NCBI RefSeq assembly: GCF_000010065.1
Contig: NC_006576.1
Span: forward strand, 1,230,001-1,262,000
Source of the DNA: Synechococcus elongatus PCC 6301
Lineage (GTDB): Bacteria > Cyanobacteriota > Cyanobacteriia > Synechococcales > Synechococcaceae
Reading direction: 5' to 3'
DNA: 32,000 nucleotides
Positions 27,280 to 32,000 of this stretch are shown piece after piece. Below the pieces are notes generated by a model, which searched no databases, was not told where the DNA came from, and saw nothing but the letters and a program-made list of their open reading frames with translations. Every line of letters starts with the position of its first letter. Positions within the stretch are counted from its first letter, which is position 1. A program made the translations under genes and the position numbers.

Positions 27280-28734
27280 CTACCGCTGGCTAAAGATCGC
27301 CTGCGCCGCCCGTTCCCCCGAACGAATCGCGCCATCGATAAACGTTGGCCACTGACTCGCAGTTTCCGTTCCCGCCCAGTGCAAGGGGCCGATCGGATCG
27401 CGGACTGCAGATTTGAACAGGTAGGTTGCCCCCGGTGCGAGATAACCGGCATAACAACCCTTTGTCCAAGGCTGCATCGCCCAATTCATCTCCTGATAGA
27501 AGACGGGTTTGAGGATCCGATCGCCAAAGCGACCTTGTAGGGAAGCCAGCAGTTGTTGACGGCGATCGCTAGCCGACAATCTCAGAACCTGCCGCGCGGT
27601 TTCGGCGTAGACAAAGCCGGTGAGAATGCCCTGTTTGGAATATTCGGGCGGGGTACTGCTGTCGGCAGTTTCACCAACTAAGGAACCGTAGTCAATCGAA
27701 GCTCCACTGAGGCCATCCTTGCGCCAGAACGGTTCCTCAAACACCATGCCGACTTTGATCACACAGCCTTGGGGCCAGCGCTGGGTAATTTGGGCGCGAT
27801 CGGTGGGCAGGCTTGGCTCGTATTCAATGCTGCCAGCCAGCGTGGGCGGCACCGCAATCACAACGGATTGAGCCGCGATCGCCTGCTGATCAGTAAACAC
27901 AGTGACGCCGCGATCGCTCCAGCGAATTTTGCGAACGGGCTGATTGAACTGAATCCGTGAACCTAGCCGTTCTGCCAATCGCTTCGCGACAACTTGCGCA
28001 CCACCAATAATTCGATCTTGCTGAGCGGCACCTTCAAAGCCATCCAACATCGCCAAGCCACCGCAGGCGCGAATGATGAACAGCAGTTGCAACATCGAAA
28101 TTTCTTGGGGACTGGCGCAGGCGTAAGACACACTGGCGATCAGGAAACGGCGGGCATTCGCGTCCGGCACATTTTGATCCAACCACTGACCAAAGGTGAG
28201 GCCGTCCCAGATTGCCGCTTGCGGATGCTGCCACGGTGCCTTCGGGTCGATCTGATCGACCATCGCGGACAGCTTTTCATCAGCTTCATCGATCAAATCA
28301 CTGCCGGGTACGGACTCCCAGTTGCTGCCGTCTGCTTTGACACGGTAGTAACCACTGCTGGTCACGCCTCGGTAGAGGGTGTCGCCAAAGTTAGGAGTCG
28401 GATAGGTTTGGCAGCCCATCTCTTGAATTAGGGCGGCAAATCGGTCTTGAGTTGCTCCCAACCACTGACCGCCTAAATCGAGCCAGCCGCCACCTTTGAG
28501 GTCGATCGACCAAACCCTTCCCCCGACGCGATCGCGGGCTTCGAGGACCACGACTTTCAGGCCAGCTTTATGCAGTTGCCAAGCAGCGGCGAGTCCGGCA
28601 TAACCGGCACCGACAACAACCACATCTGCACGGGTTGACTTGGACTGGGCTTGGGCGCGGGGCGATCGCGTCAACACACTCGCGCTGGCTACCGCAGCCG
28701 CTCCCCCCAGCAAGGCACGACGAGAAACCTTCAT
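27280..28734 (-). CDS. FAD-dependent flavin amine oxidase with Tat signal peptide
   Basis: MKVSRRALLGGAAAVASASVLTRSPRAQA (twin-arginine signal), then ADVVVVGAGYAGLAAAWQLHKAGLKVVVLEARDRVGGRVWSIDLKGGGWLDLGGQWLG and C-terminal GPLHWAGTETASQWPTFIDGAIRSGERAA. Confidence 0.92.
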   Translation of the reverse strand: MKVSRRALLGGAAAVASASVLTRSPRAQAQSKSTRADVVVVGAGYAGLAAAWQLHKAGLKVVVLEARDRVGGRVWSIDLKGGGWLDLGGQWLGATQDRFAALIQEMGCQTYPTPNFGDTLYRGVTSSGYYRVKADGSNWESVPGSDLIDEADEKLSAMVDQIDPKAPWQHPQAAIWDGLTFGQWLDQNVPDANARRFLIASVSYACASPQEISMLQLLFIIRACGGLAMLDGFEGAAQQDRIIGGAQVVAKRLAERLGSRIQFNQPVRKIRWSDRGVTVFTDQQAIAAQSVVIAVPPTLAGSIEYEPSLPTDRAQITQRWPQGCVIKVGMVFEEPFWRKDGLSGASIDYGSLVGETADSSTPPEYSKQGILTGFVYAETARQVLRLSASDRRQQLLASLQGRFGDRILKPVFYQEMNWAMQPWTKGCYAGYLAPGATYLFKSAVRDPIGPLHWAGTETASQWPTFIDGAIRSGERAAQAIFSQR

Positions 28735-28820
28735 GAACTCCGAGCCCCCACGAGAAAGTTAGGATCCATTGACCCTGCTGGGCAATTTAGCCAGTCCTTT
28801 GTCCAAGCCCGAGGCTCTTA

Positions 28821-30054
28821 ACGATCGCTTTGGTTCTCAATTGCGGTTGTAACGGTTTCCACACAGACGCCTGCGGTACCATCGGCCCACTGAAGCGAGA
28901 GGCGATCGCCCACTTGCAGATCCTGCACCTGCTGAATCAGGGTGCGATCGCGCCGCACCAAGGCGTAGCCCTCGCTGCAACACAGATTCTGGATTGAGGA
29001 TGGCGAGCAATTCCTGCAGGTGATCGAGGTGCTGGCGCTCCTGGGCGAGTTGCAAGCGACTGGCCTGTTGTAAACGCTGACGCAGAGATTGCTGCTGGTG
29101 TTGGGCTTGTTGCAAACGACGCTGGAGCAGCGGCCAGCCCAAACGGGTTTGGCAATGCTGCAGTTGGCGGCGATAGTCCTGCCACTGTTGCCGCTGGGCG
29201 TGAATCAAACGCTGGCGGAGTTGTTGCCAGGCTTGGCGCAGTTCTGTCCAAGCAGGAACCGATCGAATCGCCGCCGCTGTCGGCGTATGGGCAGCCCAAT
29301 CAGCAACGCGATCAGCCAGGGTTTCATCCTGCTCATGGCCCAACCCCGTCACAACTGGAATCGGACAGGTGGCGATCGCTCGCACGACTTGCTCATCGTC
29401 AAAGCACTCCAGATCCTCCCGTGCCCCACCGCCCCGCGCCAGAATCAACAGCTCAGCCCGACCATCAGCCACAACCCGCGCGATCGCTGTCGCAATGGCC
29501 GCCGGCGCTTGATCCCCTTGCACTAGCGTTGGCGAGAGTAAGACCTTAAGTCCTGGCGATCGCTGCCGCAAGCTGCGTTGAATGTCGCCCCAAGCAGCCG
29601 CCTGCGGAGAAGTGACCACGGCGATCGTTTGGGGGTAGAGCGGCAAAGGACGTTTGCGATCGCGGTCAAACAGACCTTCCGCCTGCAAGCGCTGCTCCAG
29701 TTTTTGGCGCTGCAAGGCCTTGAGCCCGTCACCAAATGGCAGACACTGCACCACTTGAAGCTGATAACCACTGCGTTTGCGATAGAGCCGAACTGTCCCG
29801 AGCAGCAAAACCTGTTGTCCGATTTCCGGGCGATGTTGCAGCTGAGCCAGACCGTTCTTCCAAACCACACAGTCCAGCAGATCAGTGGTCTGACTATCTT
29901 TCAGAGAGAAAAACAGGCCAACGGCGTGGGGCTTGCAACTGGAAACCTCACCAAAAATCCAGAGTTGCCGTAGGCGCACATCTTCCCCAATCAAGCTTTC
30001 GAGGTAATCGCTGACGCCAGCGACACTAATGGCAGACAGGCCGCGATCGCCCAT
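28821..30054 (-). CDS. xseA: Exodeoxyribonuclease VII large subunit, with an apparent 1-nt frameshift near the C-terminus (28969-28971)
   Basis: Start MGDRGLSAISVAGVSDYLESLIGEDVRLRQLWIFGEVSSCKPHAVGLFFSLKD. Core ALKALQ...VVTSPQAAAWGDIQRSL, ARGGGAREDLECFDDE, VTGLGHEQDETLADRVAD. The conserved C-terminus RGYALVRRDRTLIQQVQDLQVGDRLSLQWADGT... is recovered only in the +1 frame, ending at 28821. Confidence 0.9.
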
Positions 30055-30191
30055 GGTTACCCAACCCTTCTCTTCGCAAACAGCACCGCCCTGCCAGTCT
30101 GACTCAACGCACGAAATCAGACACGGCAGGCACCAAAAATTGCAGGACGAGAACGATACAATCGCCTCCATCCTGTTCGGCCTCTTCCACC

Positions 30192-31115
30192 ATGCAATCC
30201 AGTTTTCTCTCAGCGGTGCTACTGCCGCTGGCGCTTGTGATCATCATGTTTGGCATGGGCCTGACGCTGACGGTGCAGGACTTTCGCCGGGTTTGGATTG
30301 CGCCCAAGGCCGTGGCGATCGGCTTGATCGCGCAGCTCGTGATGCTGCCCCTGCCGGGATCTGCGATCGCCTCGCTGACGCCCCTCTCTCCCGAGCTCGC
30401 CGTCGGGGTAATTATTTTGGCGGCTTGCCCTGGTGGCCCAACCTCTAATCTCTTTACTTTTTTGGCGGCGGGGGATGTTGCCCTTTCGATTACACTGACC
30501 GCCATCAGTAGCCTCATCACCGTTTTCTCGATTCCCTGGGTCGTCAACCTCGGGCTCCAAGCCTTTTTAGATCAGACATCGACCTTTCAGCTACCGTTTG
30601 GCCCCACGGTGGTTCAGATTGCCGTTGTTGCGATCATTCCAGTTGTTTTGGGCATGCTCGTCCGGCACTATGCCCCCCAGCTAGCCCAGCGCACCGATCG
30701 CAGCCTGCGTTGGATTTCGACCGCTTTTCTGGCTGCGGTCATTGTTGGTTTCTTTGCCCAAGAACGGCAGAATATCCTCGCCTTCTTCCAGTCCGTGGGG
30801 GGCGTTGTACTTCTTCTCAATCTGTTGGCCATGGCACTGGGAGTTGGTCTAGCTAGCCTGACTCGCTTGGGCTACGCCCGTGCTACCACGATCGGCCTTG
30901 AAGTCGGTATCCAAAACGGAACCTTAGCGATCGCGATTGCGGCCTCTCCCACGCTCTTAAACAATCCAGCAATGGCCATTCCAGCAGCCATCTACAGCTT
31001 AGTGATGTTTATGACAGGAGGTATTTTTGTCTGGCTGCGCCAACGCTATCAACCTACACGGGCTGTTCAAACAGCAGCAGAAGTGCCCGCAGCAGTAGGC
31101 TCACATCTCGAATAA
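30192..31115 (+). CDS. Bile acid:sodium symporter (BASS) family transporter
   Basis: 307 aa polytopic protein: LVIIMFGMGLTLTVQDFRRVWIAPKAVAIGLIAQLVMLPL...AVGVIILAACPGGPTSNLFTFLAAGDVALSITLTAISSLI...ATTIGLEVGIQNGTLAIAIA. Confidence 0.93.
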   Translation: MQSSFLSAVLLPLALVIIMFGMGLTLTVQDFRRVWIAPKAVAIGLIAQLVMLPLPGSAIASLTPLSPELAVGVIILAACPGGPTSNLFTFLAAGDVALSITLTAISSLITVFSIPWVVNLGLQAFLDQTSTFQLPFGPTVVQIAVVAIIPVVLGMLVRHYAPQLAQRTDRSLRWISTAFLAAVIVGFFAQERQNILAFFQSVGGVVLLLNLLAMALGVGLASLTRLGYARATTIGLEVGIQNGTLAIAIAASPTLLNNPAMAIPAAIYSLVMFMTGGIFVWLRQRYQPTRAVQTAAEVPAAVGSHLE

Positions 31116-31149
31116 CAGCAGCCAGCATTGTTGAGAGAGTGGCGAAACT

Positions 31150-32000
31150 CTAGGCCTGCAAGTAGTGCTGCCGCAGTTGTTGATCCTGCAATTGCTCACT
31201 CTGGCGGTGCAGTAGCCAACGGTAGAGCGCGATCGCAACAGTGGGATAGCTGGCCTCAAGTTCAGTCAAAGCCGCACGGTTTAGCCCGTAGACCATACAT
31301 CGACCCACGGCGATCGCTGTTTGAGGCTGGGTATCTCCGCGTAAAAACGCGAGTTCACCGCAGGGGCTGCCTGCCAGCACTTGACGGGCATCCCATGCCT
31401 CAGTGGCTTGCAGATGCAATTCACCGCGTTCTAGCCAGTAAATAGTATCCGCGCGATCGCCCTGTTGATAGAGCACTTCACCGTCTTTCAGTTGCGATCG
31501 CTGCCAGAACTGCAGTGGGACATCACAGTCATCGGGAAGTGCTAATAATTCTGGTAAGAGCAAAGCAAACGGTAAACTTTTGGGCCGTCTTGCATACTGA
31601 TCCAGCAGTTTGGCTTCCGCAGCTTGTAAGGCTGTATTCAAATCAGGAAATTGCTGATGCTCGGGTAGTAGCTGCAAAAATGGTCGCAGGGGTTTCTGAT
31701 AGTCGCTGGCGATCGCCGCCACCCAAAGTTGAATCGATTGCGCTTGCAATTCCACGGCAAAGCGGCTGAAGACTTCAGCCGTTGAGGAATCCGCTCCTGT
31801 CACGGCTTGATAGTCCAACAGCACTAAGTTGATTGAAACCTTACTTTGCTGCAGGCGATCGCGAACTGTTGACACAATCCGGCGAGCCGTTCCAAAGAAT
31901 AGGTAGCCTTGGAGCGACACCACTTGGAGCACAGCACCGCGCCGCCGCAGAATTGATTGTTGCGTTTCTACCCGCTCAATATTGCTGTGGAGATAGGCAC
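31150..32000 (-). CDS. SulP-type protein C-terminus: STAS domain plus cyclic-nucleotide-binding domain (runs off right edge)
   Basis: The frame is open to the window edge upstream of the listed GTG: AYLHSNIERVETQQSILRRRGAVLQVVSLQGYLFFGTARRIVSTVRDRL...VLLDYQAVTGADSSTAEVF (STAS), then LKDGEVLYQQGDRADTIYWLERGELHLQ...SPCGELAFLRGDTQPQTAIAVG (cNMP-binding). Confidence 0.85.
   Translation of the reverse strand, partial: AYLHSNIERVETQQSILRRRGAVLQVVSLQGYLFFGTARRIVSTVRDRLQQSKVSINLVLLDYQAVTGADSSTAEVFSRFAVELQAQSIQLWVAAIASDYQKPLRPFLQLLPEHQQFPDLNTALQAAEAKLLDQYARRPKSLPFALLLPELLALPDDCDVPLQFWQRSQLKDGEVLYQQGDRADTIYWLERGELHLQATEAWDARQVLAGSPCGELAFLRGDTQPQTAIAVGRCMVYGLNRAALTELEASYPTVAIALYRWLLHRQSEQLQDQQLRQHYLQA

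Noticed and set aside
1-32000. CRISPR, transposon, prophage or defence-island signals
   Set aside because: No direct repeat-spacer pattern, transposase, integrase, terminal inverted repeats or known defence domains were found. Gene content is housekeeping or conserved cyanobacterial.

Overview
The window looks like ordinary cyanobacterial chromosome. Gene content and the abundant GCGATCGC (HIP1) octamers resemble the Synechococcus elongatus group, which is an inference. I find about 30 protein-coding genes. Recognisable ones are purH (partial), cdsA, an MltA-type transglycosylase, a DUF1400 alpha/beta hydrolase, chrA, a GT4 glycosyltransferase, tsaE, yvcK/CofD-like, chlP, TM2 and DUF2752 membrane proteins, DUF3086 and DUF3119 proteins, an MlaE-type permease, a tandem pair of M16 peptidases, a JmjC/cupin-like oxygenase, a Pol-beta-fold nucleotidyltransferase, metA, metY, a Tat-exported FAD amine oxidase, xseA, a BASS-family transporter, and the STAS + cNMP-binding C-terminus of a SulP-like protein (partial). 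I see no CRISPR array, rRNA or tRNA, transposon, prophage or evident multi-gene defence system, and no convincing previously undescribed system. The most useful non-routine observations are: (1) two genes (cupin oxygenase and xseA) each interrupted by a single extra G in a GGG-C context, with the conserved C-terminal half intact in the +1 frame; (2) MetA with Glu at residue 111 next to metY, which points to homoserine O-acetyltransferase rather than succinyltransferase activity; (3) an unexplained structured intergenic region at about 21.95-22.29 kb whose terminator faces the minus strand; (4) a TTG start for chlP; (5) a 116-bp antisense overlap between two convergent genes.
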